Origin: Verrucomicrobiota bacterium
GTDB lineage: Bacteria > Verrucomicrobiota > Verrucomicrobiia > Limisphaerales > AAA164-E04
DNA length: 64,000 nt
Direction: 5' to 3'
Assembly (NCBI GenBank): GCA_047947115.1
Contig: CP170459.1
Span: 384,001 to 448,000 of the forward strand
Shown: positions 28,514 through 39,089 of the stretch, in pieces
Numbering within the stretch: position 1 is the stretch's first letter
Layout: the number at the start of each line of letters is the position of its first letter
The notes under the pieces: model-generated
The model's database searches: none
What the model was told of the DNA's origin: nothing
Seen by the model: only the letters and a program-made list of their open reading frames with translations
Program-made: the position numbers and the translations under genes

Positions 28514-30004
28514 ATGATGGATAAATTACTGGTCATTGATGATGAAACGGATGTGAGATATGCGTTCAGGCGCCTCTTCGATTCTCCCGGAATCGAACTA
28601 CGCCTTGCATCCAGTGGAGAAGAGGGATTGCGTGTTCTGAAAGAGTTTCATCCGAACCTGATCGTGATGGATATCCGGATGGAAGGCATGAGTGGTCTGC
28701 AAACACTCCAAGCCATCCGGCAATTCGACACCAAAACCCCGGTCATTCTCATGACTGCCTACGGCGCCACCCAAACAGCCATCGAAGCCATGAAACTGGG
28801 CGCGTATGATTATGTCCTGAAGCCATTTGATGTCCCCAAGCTCCAGAAGCTGATCTACGAAGCCCTCAAGGCCTCGCAGGACATGTCCAAACCCGTTTCC
28901 TTCGAAACCAAGGCGGAATCACTGGACGATGAACTGGGCATGATTGGACGCAGTGAACCGATGCAGCAGGTGTTCAAACTGATTGGACAACTGGCCAATT
29001 CGGACGCCACGGTTTTAATCACCGGCGAAAGCGGAACCGGCAAAGAACTCGTCGCCCGTGCCATTTATCAAAACAGCGCCCGCGCACCACGCTCCTACCT
29101 TGCGATAAATTGCGCGGCCATTCCTGAGAACCTTTTGGAAAGCGAACTGTTTGGCCACGAAAAAGGCAGTTTCACTGGAGCCAACCAAACCCGCATCGGC
29201 AAATTTGAACAATGCCATCAAGGCACCTTGTTTCTTGATGAAATTGGCGACATGTCCTTGCCGACCCAAACCAAAATGCTGCGCGTTCTCCAATCAGGAA
29301 CCTTCGAACGACTCGGCAGCAACAAGCCCGTGGAAGTGGACGTAAGGGTCATCGCTGCCACCAACCAACCACTGGAAGAAGCGGTGGCCGACAGAAAATT
29401 TCGAGAGGATCTTTTTTACCGGCTGAACGTCGTGCGAGTCCAACTTCCTCCCTTGCGGGAACGAAGCGAAGACATCCCATTGCTGGTGCAATACTTCCTC
29501 AGGAAATTTTCAAAACTGTTCGGGCAATCCGGAAAATCAATTAATGAAAATGCCCTGGAAGCCTTGAAACAATACCAATGGCCGGGTAACGTGCGCGAGC
29601 TCGAAAATGTGATCCAGCGTGCCTTCGTGGTGACCAAGGGAGAAACTATTCTGCTGAGTGATTTGCCCAAGGAAATCATTGGAGGAAAGAACACTCCCGC
29701 ATCGTCGAATTCCCATTCCAAGGCATCGGCAGACACCGCCTCCTCAACCTCAGATTCAAAAGCTTTATCCGAAGCTACCCGGACAGAGGGCATTGATCAA
29801 CTGACGGACGCCATGTTCCAGTGGGCACGATCCAATCCGGACCAAGCTCTCATACCGACAGTAGAACGAGAACTTGTCAAACAAGCCCTCAAAGAAACCC
29901 GGGGCAATCAGGTCAAAGCATCCACTCTCCTCGGAATCACCCGCGCCACCCTCCGCAAACGCATCGAGAAATTCAATATCCGCCAGGAGATCAATGTGGA
30001 TTAA
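28514..30004 (+). CDS. Sigma-54-dependent response regulator (NtrC/AtoC family; REC-AAA+-Fis HTH)
   Basis: LVIDDE, VMDIRM (phospho-Asp), GESGTGKE, ESELFGHEKGSFTGA, FLDEIG, WPGNVREL, GNQVKASTLLGITRATL. Confidence 0.93.
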   Translation: MMDKLLVIDDETDVRYAFRRLFDSPGIELRLASSGEEGLRVLKEFHPNLIVMDIRMEGMSGLQTLQAIRQFDTKTPVILMTAYGATQTAIEAMKLGAYDYVLKPFDVPKLQKLIYEALKASQDMSKPVSFETKAESLDDELGMIGRSEPMQQVFKLIGQLANSDATVLITGESGTGKELVARAIYQNSARAPRSYLAINCAAIPENLLESELFGHEKGSFTGANQTRIGKFEQCHQGTLFLDEIGDMSLPTQTKMLRVLQSGTFERLGSNKPVEVDVRVIAATNQPLEEAVADRKFREDLFYRLNVVRVQLPPLRERSEDIPLLVQYFLRKFSKLFGQSGKSINENALEALKQYQWPGNVRELENVIQRAFVVTKGETILLSDLPKEIIGGKNTPASSNSHSKASADTASSTSDSKALSEATRTEGIDQLTDAMFQWARSNPDQALIPTVERELVKQALKETRGNQVKASTLLGITRATLRKRIEKFNIRQEINVD

Positions 30005-30044
30005 ACTGAACCAGATTCCATTCAGCCTGAAGATTTCAACAAAC

Positions 30045-30081
30045 AAAAATCCCGTCACTTCGATGATCAAAGTGACGGGAT
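30045..30081 (-). terminator. Rho-independent terminator between convergent genes
   Basis: 12-bp stem ATCCCGTCACTT/AAGTGACGGGAT followed by a T-run on the minus strand. Confidence 0.75.
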
Positions 30082-30118
30082 AAGATCATTCAAATCGAAC
30101 ATCATCGTTCTCTGTACC

Positions 30119-33100
30119 CTAGCGAACGGAACGGAAGAATCGCTGAGGATCATCAGCGTTCACTTCAAAGGGAGAAACAGCGCCAGCCACTGTAGTGTAA
30201 GGACCGTCAACCTCACTCGCTGACTGGAGCGTTCCGCTAAATTCAATGCGAATGGTGCCGTCAGCACGTGAAAGACCGATACTGGCAGGCATGGCATCCG
30301 GATTCAACTTGGTCAAGGTCAAGGTAACCACATCGTTGTCGCCCGAACCATAATTCAGGTTGAATGTATGGCCTTGCTCATTCGTGAACGCATTCCCCTG
30401 TGCGAAGGTTCCGGTCAAGGCGGTGTAATCGATCAAAGTCCACATATCCCCTTCTCTGACCGCCCCTGTCAAGGTCACTTTCAGTGTCGCTTGTGGATCA
30501 ATTTCAAGACTCAAACCAGTGGTGTTGGCTCGCAACAAACCGCCCACCTGTTGTCCGTCGATCACATAAGCAAGAGTTCCATTGGCTCCAATAGTGGACA
30601 CGTTGATATCGTTGAAACTGTTGTTCACACCGGTTGGCAACATTTCCAATGTCCCATTGATCAACCGGAAAAATTTATAATTGAACAACTGTCCCGCGAC
30701 GGACACATGACCAGTCCCACCGGATTCATCACCGATCTGAACCACCATACCGCCGCCTTGCGATCGCAACGCCGCGCCTTCGGAAATGTTGATCGTGCCG
30801 TTTCCATCCGGCCCTACCCCAACAAAAAGACCGGCATTATTACCGCTATGAGCTCCGCTGAACGTTCCACCTTTGACATTCAGAACACCTGTGGTGTTGT
30901 CGCCGACAAAAATGCGGGATGGATTATCCGTGATGCTGCTACCAATATCACGAGTTATTTCGGCAACGCCATTCACGATGGCATTACTCCCATCGATCGG
31001 CACACCGTCACTCCAATTGCCTGCCGTGAACCAATCACCTTCGCCCCTGAATACCGAGCCCAATGTCGACAAAGGAGCACTGTCACGAATGGTCAGAGTG
31101 GCGCCACCAAATATGTCGATCTGCAGACTGTTCAAGCCAAGCCCTTGCGCTACATCCGTCCAGTTGGCGACGGTATAGCTGCCGGCAGGAACCGAAACCG
31201 CCGTCCCATCACTTTGCCTGAAATTCAAAGAATGGAACATTGAATCTTCGAACAACACCAAAGTGCTGTTGCCTTGAAGAACGAGCGCACCATCGGGAGC
31301 ATTAACGGTCCCGTTGATTTCAAGATTGGCATCAATCAATTCCAGATCCCCATTCCCCAGGGAACCATTGGAAGCTGCGAACGTTCTGCCCCCTACTAGC
31401 GTCCAGCCCCCGGAAAAGGAGCTGTTGCTACCACTGATGATCAGCGTTTCGTCAGCTTCCAAATCGGTCGGGGAGGCAGTGACCCGAAGGCGGCCCACAC
31501 CGCTTACGCCCGCGTCAAGGGTCAATGCATTAAAGGCGCCCCGAATATCGATCCCACTGTTCCGAAGAACGGTGACACCTCCTTCCAATGTGACAAATCC
31601 TTCATCATCGGTAAAATCAATCACCCCGCCAGAAAGGCGAAAATCATCAATGCGAACAGAATCGGTTGTTCCGTTTTGAATACGAAGCCGAGCTCCACTA
31701 CCGAGCAATTCAAGCGATCCTCCACCAAACACGTCATCAAACTCATCAGGCACGCCTAGAGATGAAGCAATGAAATCGGTGACCAGATAATCTTCCCCGG
31801 ATCGAGGCGCCTGACCATCGGCCCAGGCAGATGCTTCGTCCCATGAAGTGGTGCTGGTGTTCAAAATAATGACACCTTCGGCAACATCCACCAGAACCAG
31901 CAGTGAACGGGTGCTGGTTCCTTCCGCACCTTCCGCCACAAGTGTGTATCCGGCCGACTGGGTGAGTTGCACATCAAGAATGCCTTGCCCGTTTTGCGTG
32001 GAGGACAACACATCGCCGCCATCCGGCCCAAGCAGGGTCAGCTTTTGAACATCTCCCACACTCCAGGACAAGGTCACGGTTTCACCGGAAGCCGCACGCT
32101 CAGGACTGGCGGAAAAGTTTTCAATCAAGCCCGGATCCGGAATGGCGACGCGTTCAAACAGCACGCGAACTTCTTCATCGGTCAATGCACGATCATAAAC
32201 ATTCAACACTGCCAGTTCGCCATTGAACAAAGTCACGCCTTCGGGGACCTCGGAAGCAATACCCCCCAAAGCACCGGCCACACCAGCGCTGAAATTGGTC
32301 CAGTTAAAAAGCGAGGCTCGACCGTTTGGCAGACCGAGCGCACCATTGGCGCTGGCACTACCCGATCCCCCGGCTGAACCTCTTACGAACAAATCCAAAT
32401 CTCCTGAGCCCTGGTCCAGCGTGGCCACGATATGGATGAAATCGGACAACTCAATCCCGGAAAGAGGCACCTGGACATCATGCGTACGTTCTCCGTTCTG
32501 ACTATTCAAAAATCGAACAAACCCCTCAGTGATCAACAATGAAGATCCATCGTCACTACTACCCGTCTCGAAGATCACTTGCGGATTGGCATCCAGCTCG
32601 CCGGTACGAACCCAAGTTTCATAGGTAGTATTGCCTCCTGGAAAACTATTACCGTCCCCACCCGAAGCACCCCCGAACTGCGTCAACCGATAGGCCGAAG
32701 TCAATGTGGTCGTGAAACTTGAGATGGATTGAACAACGGTGGTCTTAAGATCAAAGCTTGCCCCGGTGATCACATCAAATATGGCACCGTTCACCTGACC
32801 GGGTGCCGCCGCATCAAAATTCATGATTTGTGAAGCGAGCACCGCATCAGCGGTCAAGACAAGTTCTCTTACGGTCACTCCATTTCCATTACTCGCTGTC
32901 AAAGTATAAACAGTGGTCTCGTTTGGATTGACAGTGACGGTTCCTGAAGCAACCACTGAACCGACATTGGGCTCGATCGAAATGGTATTGGCTCCCGCAA
33001 CCACCCATTCCAATGTCGAGGTGTCACCAGGAACAACGGTGGCAGGGGTGGCAGAGAATGCTTCGATGATCGGCGCTTCTCCCACAACCACAGTCAGGGA

Positions 33101-34234
33101 GGAGCGAATACTTGCTCCGTTGTTCTCAAGCACCAATTCATAGGTGGTAGTCGAAGTTGGCGACACATTGACGCTCCCCGCGCCATTGGATGTGGCTCCC
33201 GCAACGCTGCCAACACCCGGGGTGATGGTCAGATTGTGAAACGCACCCACCTCCCATCGTAGCGTCGTCGTTTCACCCGCGGCAATGCCGGAAGGAAGTG
33301 CAGTGAAGGCATTGATGGACGGGCGACTAGCAGTGGAAACGAGCGTCAATGTGACGTCATCATCTTCACCGGAGCCGTAATCAATGTCGAAGATGTAACC
33401 CTGCTGGTTGGTAAATTGAATACCCTGTTCAAATTCTCCGACCAAGGTGTGATAACTCATGAGGGTCCATGAATCGTTCACCTGGAATTCGCCTTCCAAT
33501 GTGATCTTCAGATTTGCTCCGGGAAAGATATCCACATTCAACCCCACAGCGTTCGCGCGTGCGAGCGTTCCAACTTTGTCGCCTTCGATAACGTAAGCCA
33601 GAGTACCATCAGGTTCGATGGTTGAAATATTGTCGAGCTGATTGAACCGGTTGTTGATGCCGGTTGGGAGCATCTCAAGCGTGCCGTTAACAATTCGAAA
33701 GAATTTATAATTCAACAATTCGCCTCCAACGGTAATACGCCCGACACCCCCGTCTTCATCCCCGACCTGAACCACCATGTTGGCGCCCTGTGATCGCAAA
33801 CCTGTTCCGGGAAGAATCTCCACTCTCCCAACACCCCCAGGCCCGGCTCCAACAAAAATTCCGGCTGAACCGCCATTGGCACCACTCAGCGTGCCGCCGG
33901 TAACGATCAATGTCCCCTCGGTTTCCTGGCCAACCGTAATACGTCCCGGATTGTCAGCATTATCAACACCTATGTTGCTGGAAATCTCGGCGACACCGTT
34001 GATCACAACTGTGGCGCCATCAACCGGCACATTTCCGCCATCCCATCGCTCAGGTGTTTTCCAGTCACCCTCCCCGGTGAATGTTTGTGCATGCAGTGTG
34101 CTTATCGCCCATGCGGCTAGGCAACACAACCAGACGGTCCGACATAAAATCCGTCGTAATGAAGTTTGAAAGGATTTGATTGTATTCATTTTGGTGAGTT
34201 TGTTCACGGGAAGACTAGAGGGGTCTTTCATCAT
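30119..34234 (-). CDS. Large secreted/surface protein with a duplicated ~245-aa domain, Ig-like repeats and a LamG-like domain
   Basis: Signal peptide ending LHA-Q (start 34234 or 34189); FTGEGDW... and FRGEGDW... copies; three F[TS]AxP...GET/GDTxTLxW Ig-like units; C-terminal GTLQSA...FFRSVR tail. Confidence 0.8.
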   Translation of the reverse strand: MMKDPSSLPVNKLTKMNTIKSFQTSLRRILCRTVWLCCLAAWAISTLHAQTFTGEGDWKTPERWDGGNVPVDGATVVINGVAEISSNIGVDNADNPGRITVGQETEGTLIVTGGTLSGANGGSAGIFVGAGPGGVGRVEILPGTGLRSQGANMVVQVGDEDGGVGRITVGGELLNYKFFRIVNGTLEMLPTGINNRFNQLDNISTIEPDGTLAYVIEGDKVGTLARANAVGLNVDIFPGANLKITLEGEFQVNDSWTLMSYHTLVGEFEQGIQFTNQQGYIFDIDYGSGEDDDVTLTLVSTASRPSINAFTALPSGIAAGETTTLRWEVGAFHNLTITPGVGSVAGATSNGAGSVNVSPTSTTTYELVLENNGASIRSSLTVVVGEAPIIEAFSATPATVVPGDTSTLEWVVAGANTISIEPNVGSVVASGTVTVNPNETTVYTLTASNGNGVTVRELVLTADAVLASQIMNFDAAAPGQVNGAIFDVITGASFDLKTTVVQSISSFTTTLTSAYRLTQFGGASGGDGNSFPGGNTTYETWVRTGELDANPQVIFETGSSDDGSSLLITEGFVRFLNSQNGERTHDVQVPLSGIELSDFIHIVATLDQGSGDLDLFVRGSAGGSGSASANGALGLPNGRASLFNWTNFSAGVAGALGGIASEVPEGVTLFNGELAVLNVYDRALTDEEVRVLFERVAIPDPGLIENFSASPERAASGETVTLSWSVGDVQKLTLLGPDGGDVLSSTQNGQGILDVQLTQSAGYTLVAEGAEGTSTRSLLVLVDVAEGVIILNTSTTSWDEASAWADGQAPRSGEDYLVTDFIASSLGVPDEFDDVFGGGSLELLGSGARLRIQNGTTDSVRIDDFRLSGGVIDFTDDEGFVTLEGGVTVLRNSGIDIRGAFNALTLDAGVSGVGRLRVTASPTDLEADETLIISGSNSSFSGGWTLVGGRTFAASNGSLGNGDLELIDANLEINGTVNAPDGALVLQGNSTLVLFEDSMFHSLNFRQSDGTAVSVPAGSYTVANWTDVAQGLGLNSLQIDIFGGATLTIRDSAPLSTLGSVFRGEGDWFTAGNWSDGVPIDGSNAIVNGVAEITRDIGSSITDNPSRIFVGDNTTGVLNVKGGTFSGAHSGNNAGLFVGVGPDGNGTINISEGAALRSQGGGMVVQIGDESGGTGHVSVAGQLFNYKFFRLINGTLEMLPTGVNNSFNDINVSTIGANGTLAYVIDGQQVGGLLRANTTGLSLEIDPQATLKVTLTGAVREGDMWTLIDYTALTGTFAQGNAFTNEQGHTFNLNYGSGDNDVVTLTLTKLNPDAMPASIGLSRADGTIRIEFSGTLQSASEVDGPYTTVAGAVSPFEVNADDPQRFFRSVR

Positions 34235-34270
34235 GTAAACCCTTTGAAAGGTCCAGAAGAGATCATTCGC

Positions 34271-34290
34271 GACAAGGATTAAACCTTGTC
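34271..34290. promoter_or_regulatory. Candidate operator in a divergent promoter region
   Basis: Perfect inverted repeat GACAAGG-attaaa-CCTTGTC. Confidence 0.4.
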
Positions 34291-34330
34291 AAAATCCTGC
34301 TTTTTATACTCAATACACACGGTCCGGATA

Positions 34331-34346
34331 TTGAATCACCTTTCAA
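34331..34346. promoter_or_regulatory. Candidate repressor site, possibly metal-responsive
   Basis: TTGAA-tcacct-TTCAA inverted repeat 22 bp before the ATG at 34369. Confidence 0.3.
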
Positions 34347-34368
34347 ATCATACACGAGGGAACTCGAA

Positions 34369-35121
34369 ATGCACTATCATAAAACCCATCGCAGCCACTC
34401 GGCTTTTACCCTGATCGAACTATTGGTCGTCATCGCCATCATCGCTATTCTGGCTGGCATGCTGTTGCCGGCATTGTCCAAGGCAAAAGAAAAGGCAAAA
34501 CAAATCAAATGCACTTCCAACATGCGCCAGATCGGCATCGGCACAATCATGTATGCGGACGATAACGATGGACACATGCCCCTGAGCAATATGTTTCACG
34601 ATGATCCCAATAAATTGTGGATCAGATCCGTTCTTCCTTACGTAGGAGGCAGTGAGGAGGTCAGAGCCTGCCCCAGTGACAAGAAATCACTGGAACGTAT
34701 AGAAAAAAATGGGACGAGTTACCCCATCAATGACTGGACGACCCAACCCGGTCCCATCGCAGGATTTCCCGCAGCACGTCCGCCCGACCACGCCCACATG
34801 CTCGACAAACTTCAATACCCGACCGAAACCATCATCGTATTTGAAATCGCCGAGGAGCAAGCGATGGACGTGTTGCATGACCACACCCATGGACGCGCCG
34901 GCTGGCCAACCTGGCGCGACGTCATCGATGATATTCAGCCGGACCGACACGGTGCCACAACCCGAAACAACACCAAAACGACAGGACGCGCGAATTACCT
35001 TTACGCTGATGGTCACGTGGATTCACACACCGGCCTGAGCATGTATCAACTCTTCGACAACGGCAAAGGCGTCAACTTCTCCACCCCTCCGGAACTGCGT
35101 CCTGAAAACCAACGTCCCTGA
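34369..35121 (+). CDS. Prepilin-type N-terminal cleavage/methylation protein with H-X9-DG-like C-terminal motif (DUF1559-like)
   Basis: [47 protein letters not shown]...NYLYADGHV; His cluster HDHTH. Confidence 0.9.
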   Translation: MHYHKTHRSHSAFTLIELLVVIAIIAILAGMLLPALSKAKEKAKQIKCTSNMRQIGIGTIMYADDNDGHMPLSNMFHDDPNKLWIRSVLPYVGGSEEVRACPSDKKSLERIEKNGTSYPINDWTTQPGPIAGFPAARPPDHAHMLDKLQYPTETIIVFEIAEEQAMDVLHDHTHGRAGWPTWRDVIDDIQPDRHGATTRNNTKTTGRANYLYADGHVDSHTGLSMYQLFDNGKGVNFSTPPELRPENQRP

Positions 35122-35147
35122 ATGCAGCCAGGAGCATCCGATTTGAT

Positions 35148-37322
35148 ATGGATGGATTGGTAAAACGTGGGGTAACTCTTGCGGTCATGCGTGTATCGTT
35201 GATTTGCTGGATCGTCTTGATTCTCCAGCAACCCTTTCACATCCTGGCCGGACACGATCTCATGGTGCATCTGGCCATCTACAATGATGGTCCTTTTGAA
35301 ACCGAACAAGTCCCGGCCGTTTTTGGTGTCCCGCTGCCATCCTCCGATGATCCTGTTGAGCCAAAGGATTTGATCCTTGTTGGCGCCGACACCTGGCAGA
35401 TCAAACCACTCAGCCATTGGCCCAATGGTTCCATCCGCTGGATGCTAGTCGAAGCCATCGTCAACGTCCAACCCAACCAGGATCGGGCGGCCTTTCATCT
35501 GACCACCGGCCAAGCTCCGGAAGAGCAGCCATTGATCGGGGCGGAGATCCCGAATGGATTCGTCCTGGATACAGGAAAATGTCGGATTCGCATCAGTGGA
35601 AGAGAGGAAGATGACGTCGTTTGCCAAATCAACCCGCCAAAAGACGCTACAAGGTCCTTTAGGGTCATCCACCTGACACAAGACGAAAACGAATTGGGTG
35701 AATTGCAGAAAAGAACTCTTTTATTGGAAAACAACGGTCCTGTAACAGCAACAATAACTCTGGTTGAAACCTACGATTATGCCGGATCGAAACTCACATA
35801 CACAAGGCGTTGTCGGGCCTATAAAAATCAGGATGGGTTTACAATTGAGTCTACCCTGTTGCGTCAACCGTGGGGACAAAAAACCATTCCACTACCGTTT
35901 CCATCATTGAAAACGACAACAAGTGAAGAAGGTCTCCTTCAGATAAGGACACAAGGCGAACCTCAACCATCCACACAGGAAGCATCCCAGATGGCACCTG
36001 GCTCCATGAGAAGAATGTGGCATACCATCAACCTTCCCACTGCTGAGGAAACAACCTCTCCGACCTTGCGCCCTTATCTTGGCAGAGCCATTTCCATCAA
36101 CACTTACAACGATGCACACTGCACTGAAGCATATGTCACCTCAGGCACGGCAAATGCATCTCTGAATCTGCAGGAGATTTCGTTTTCCAGGTCCAAGGCT
36201 GCTCAATTCATTCGCGATATCATGGGCGGCAAACTACTTCCCACACCATCGAACTATCAATCACTCACCGAGTGGATGCAGAACTGGACTCCCGAAATCG
36301 AGACCGGACAACTCAATGGAACACCCGCTGCGGAAGATTCGATGGATTCAATGGAATATGATGATGCCTGGAGAATCCCAAGCCTATGGTATTTCATGAC
36401 TGGGGAATCCATTTTCAAGGACCTCCGCATGAATGACGCAAGACATCAAACAGAGGTGCAATTTGACCTAAGACAGTATCATCGATTATGGGATGCCTAC
36501 CTACTAACTGATTCGTTGGAACTTAGGGATTCCATTGCGGACAAGGTCTCAAATTGGATTAATAATGTCAGCGATTTGGAAGCTATCCGAAAGAACAGGC
36601 ACTTGTTCCGAATGGTTTCAAACCTGATTCATCAAGGGGGATTTGAACAACAAGAACACGACGTCTGGCTGGATCAGATAGAATCCCTTGTCCACCACGA
36701 CCGGAATCCTCATCGTGAACTGAATGACATTTTGTTTGCAGAAGGCTATCGACTCACAGGCGACAGAAAGTTTTTGAAAGAAGGTCAACAGTGGCTTGAG
36801 AAATCCTATGGAGAATCGACCATAAGCGATACTATCACTGGACTGGTCCAGGACATCCAACGACAACATGTCTGGCGTTGGATAGAACTTACCATGAAGG
36901 ACCACGGAGAAGATGGATGGGAACTCTCCTGGAAAGCCCCCAAGAACGCCGTCCGCTATCGCTTCAAGCAATCTGACAGCGAAATTACAAATCTCCCAGA
37001 CACAAATGGTTCTCCCCAAGCAATCCCCTTCCATGCTGCCGAAAATCTGGCATTGGATATCTCACCGGCAGCACCGGGAATCCTACAGACCGTCCTGGTA
37101 AAAAAAGACATAACAGCTGACAACACACATTTCGCAATGCGATACTTGGAACGCGGACCGGACCTCCCGGCTCTCAAAACATCGCCGACAAACGAGGGGC
37201 ACCATCCCGCCAGCTCAACACCCGTCCCGCTTACACCAAAAACGTATGCGGACTTCATGATGATCGGCCTGCTTGTTTTGGGCTTGGGCATCGCGTTCAT
37301 CGTCTGGAAGAAATTTATATGA
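35148..37322 (+). CDS. Hypothetical exported protein with C-terminal membrane anchor
   Basis: 724-aa ORF; hydrophobic N-terminus; FGVPLP...HWPNGSIRWMLV segment; Pro/Thr-rich linker then TM plus KK; ATGA overlap with the next gene. Confidence 0.7.
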   Translation: MDGLVKRGVTLAVMRVSLICWIVLILQQPFHILAGHDLMVHLAIYNDGPFETEQVPAVFGVPLPSSDDPVEPKDLILVGADTWQIKPLSHWPNGSIRWMLVEAIVNVQPNQDRAAFHLTTGQAPEEQPLIGAEIPNGFVLDTGKCRIRISGREEDDVVCQINPPKDATRSFRVIHLTQDENELGELQKRTLLLENNGPVTATITLVETYDYAGSKLTYTRRCRAYKNQDGFTIESTLLRQPWGQKTIPLPFPSLKTTTSEEGLLQIRTQGEPQPSTQEASQMAPGSMRRMWHTINLPTAEETTSPTLRPYLGRAISINTYNDAHCTEAYVTSGTANASLNLQEISFSRSKAAQFIRDIMGGKLLPTPSNYQSLTEWMQNWTPEIETGQLNGTPAAEDSMDSMEYDDAWRIPSLWYFMTGESIFKDLRMNDARHQTEVQFDLRQYHRLWDAYLLTDSLELRDSIADKVSNWINNVSDLEAIRKNRHLFRMVSNLIHQGGFEQQEHDVWLDQIESLVHHDRNPHRELNDILFAEGYRLTGDRKFLKEGQQWLEKSYGESTISDTITGLVQDIQRQHVWRWIELTMKDHGEDGWELSWKAPKNAVRYRFKQSDSEITNLPDTNGSPQAIPFHAAENLALDISPAAPGILQTVLVKKDITADNTHFAMRYLERGPDLPALKTSPTNEGHHPASSTPVPLTPKTYADFMMIGLLVLGLGIAFIVWKKFI

Positions 37323-37735
37323 AATGGATTCAAATCATGATCATTGCAATCACCGCAGCGATGGTTTCGGGGTGCGACAGCGGCCATGACGTCATCGAAA
37401 AACTGCCCACCACCGTTGCCACTGCCAGCGGGGATTTTACCATCGATTATACATTTACACCCTACCCCATTCCGAAGAACCAACACTTCTCCGTGCAAGT
37501 GGTTGTGACCCGCAAAGACGGTACCGACCTACCGGAGGACTTTACCATTCAGGTGGACGCCGACATGCCCGCCCATGGCCATGGAATCAATACCGCACCT
37601 GAAATCAAAAAACTACCTTCCGGAACGTATCAGGTGGATGGATTATTGTTTCACATGGGAGGACAATGGGAACTCTACATCGATGTCATGGAAGGAGGCA
37701 TCCCGGACAGGGCAACCATACCCATCCAAATGTAA
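37319..37735 (+). CDS. YtkA/FixH-like lipoprotein
   Basis: Lipobox VSG-C; DADMPAHGHG and LFHMGGQWELYI motifs. Confidence 0.75.
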   Translation: MKWIQIMIIAITAAMVSGCDSGHDVIEKLPTTVATASGDFTIDYTFTPYPIPKNQHFSVQVVVTRKDGTDLPEDFTIQVDADMPAHGHGINTAPEIKKLPSGTYQVDGLLFHMGGQWELYIDVMEGGIPDRATIPIQM

Positions 37736-37740
37736 AAGTC

Positions 37741-39048
37741 ATGAAAGCGGTTCCTTTCTATTTGAGCGCTCTCCTGCTTTGGACAGCTTCCTGCGGGAAA
37801 GTCCGCCACACCGAAACATCCCTGGGCGCAGAACCCATCGCCATTCGGAGCATCACGATTCCGGCCACCAATGTTGTGGAAATACTGAAACTGTCCCCGC
37901 TTCCCGAGCTACCGCCGAACCCAACCAATCAATACGCCGACAACAAAGATGCCGCATTACTCGGCCAACACCTCTTTTTTGATTCCCGGTTATCCGCCAA
38001 CGGAGAGGTCTCCTGCGCAACCTGTCATCAGGCCGAGACGGATTGGACGGACCAAAAGCCTGTTTCCGAAGGATTGGAAACCGTTTCCCGAAACGCTCCG
38101 ACTCTTTGGAACGTAGCCTACCAACGCTGGTACTTTTGGGATGGACGCAAGGATACATTATGGTCACAAGCGCTGGGTCCCATGGAACACCCCAAGGAAA
38201 TGGGGGGCAGCCGACTGCGATCTTTCCTGTTGATCCAATCGACAGAAGTTTACCGAAGCCTCTATGACAAAGCTTTTGGCCCCCTACCCCTGTTGACATC
38301 CACTCCAGATTCCAAAGACGCACGCCCGGTAGCGGAGGATCCCTACGATCCAATGCAGCAGGACTGGCAAACACTCAAAGAATCGGATCAGGAGGCGCTG
38401 AACCTGGTCTTCAGCCAGATTGGCAAATCCATGGAAGCCTACCAGCGACAGATCATTTCCACCGATGCCCCCTTTGATCGATTTGTTGATGCCTTACGTA
38501 ACGACAGGAAAGAAGCCGGGAAACATTTATCCGATGCCGCCATTCGGGGCATGGTCTTGTTCACTGGACGGGGACAATGTATCCTCTGCCATATCGATTC
38601 CAATTTTACGGACAACGAATTCCACAACATCGGGCTGGATCGGGGAAGTCGGCCACTGGACCAGGGGAGGTATCCAGCCATCCAACAAGTCAAAACCGAC
38701 CCTTTCAACGGACAAGGTGCCTATAGTGACGACACCACGCTTGAGGCTAATCAAGCGCTTCATTACGTCGCCCCCAAAGACAACAATCTAGGCGAATTCA
38801 AAACCCCGACATTGAGGAACATTGCAAAAACCGCACCGTACATGCACGACGGGCGATTCAAGACTTTAAGGGAAGTATTGGAATTCTACTCCACCTTACC
38901 CGACACACCAGCCATCGGACATCGTGAAGAATCCCTGCAAGCTTTGAACCTCACCGAACAAGAACTCAATGATCTGGAAGCCTTCCTCACCTCACTGACT
39001 GGAGCCCCATTGAACGAACGATTGTTAAAAGCACCAGAAAACCCATGA
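37741..39048 (+). CDS. Di-heme cytochrome c peroxidase (bCcP/MauG superfamily), probable lipoprotein
   Basis: LGQHLFFDSRLS, CATCH, RNAPTLWN...FWDGR, CILCH, FKTPTLRN...PYMHDG. Start MKAVP at 37741 with a TAS-C lipobox-like signal. Confidence 0.9.
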   Translation: MKAVPFYLSALLLWTASCGKVRHTETSLGAEPIAIRSITIPATNVVEILKLSPLPELPPNPTNQYADNKDAALLGQHLFFDSRLSANGEVSCATCHQAETDWTDQKPVSEGLETVSRNAPTLWNVAYQRWYFWDGRKDTLWSQALGPMEHPKEMGGSRLRSFLLIQSTEVYRSLYDKAFGPLPLLTSTPDSKDARPVAEDPYDPMQQDWQTLKESDQEALNLVFSQIGKSMEAYQRQIISTDAPFDRFVDALRNDRKEAGKHLSDAAIRGMVLFTGRGQCILCHIDSNFTDNEFHNIGLDRGSRPLDQGRYPAIQQVKTDPFNGQGAYSDDTTLEANQALHYVAPKDNNLGEFKTPTLRNIAKTAPYMHDGRFKTLREVLEFYSTLPDTPAIGHREESLQALNLTEQELNDLEAFLTSLTGAPLNERLLKAPENP

Positions 39049-39089
39049 AGCCATTCCGGACTGCGTGCGTGCAGTGCCGCTCTGAACGA

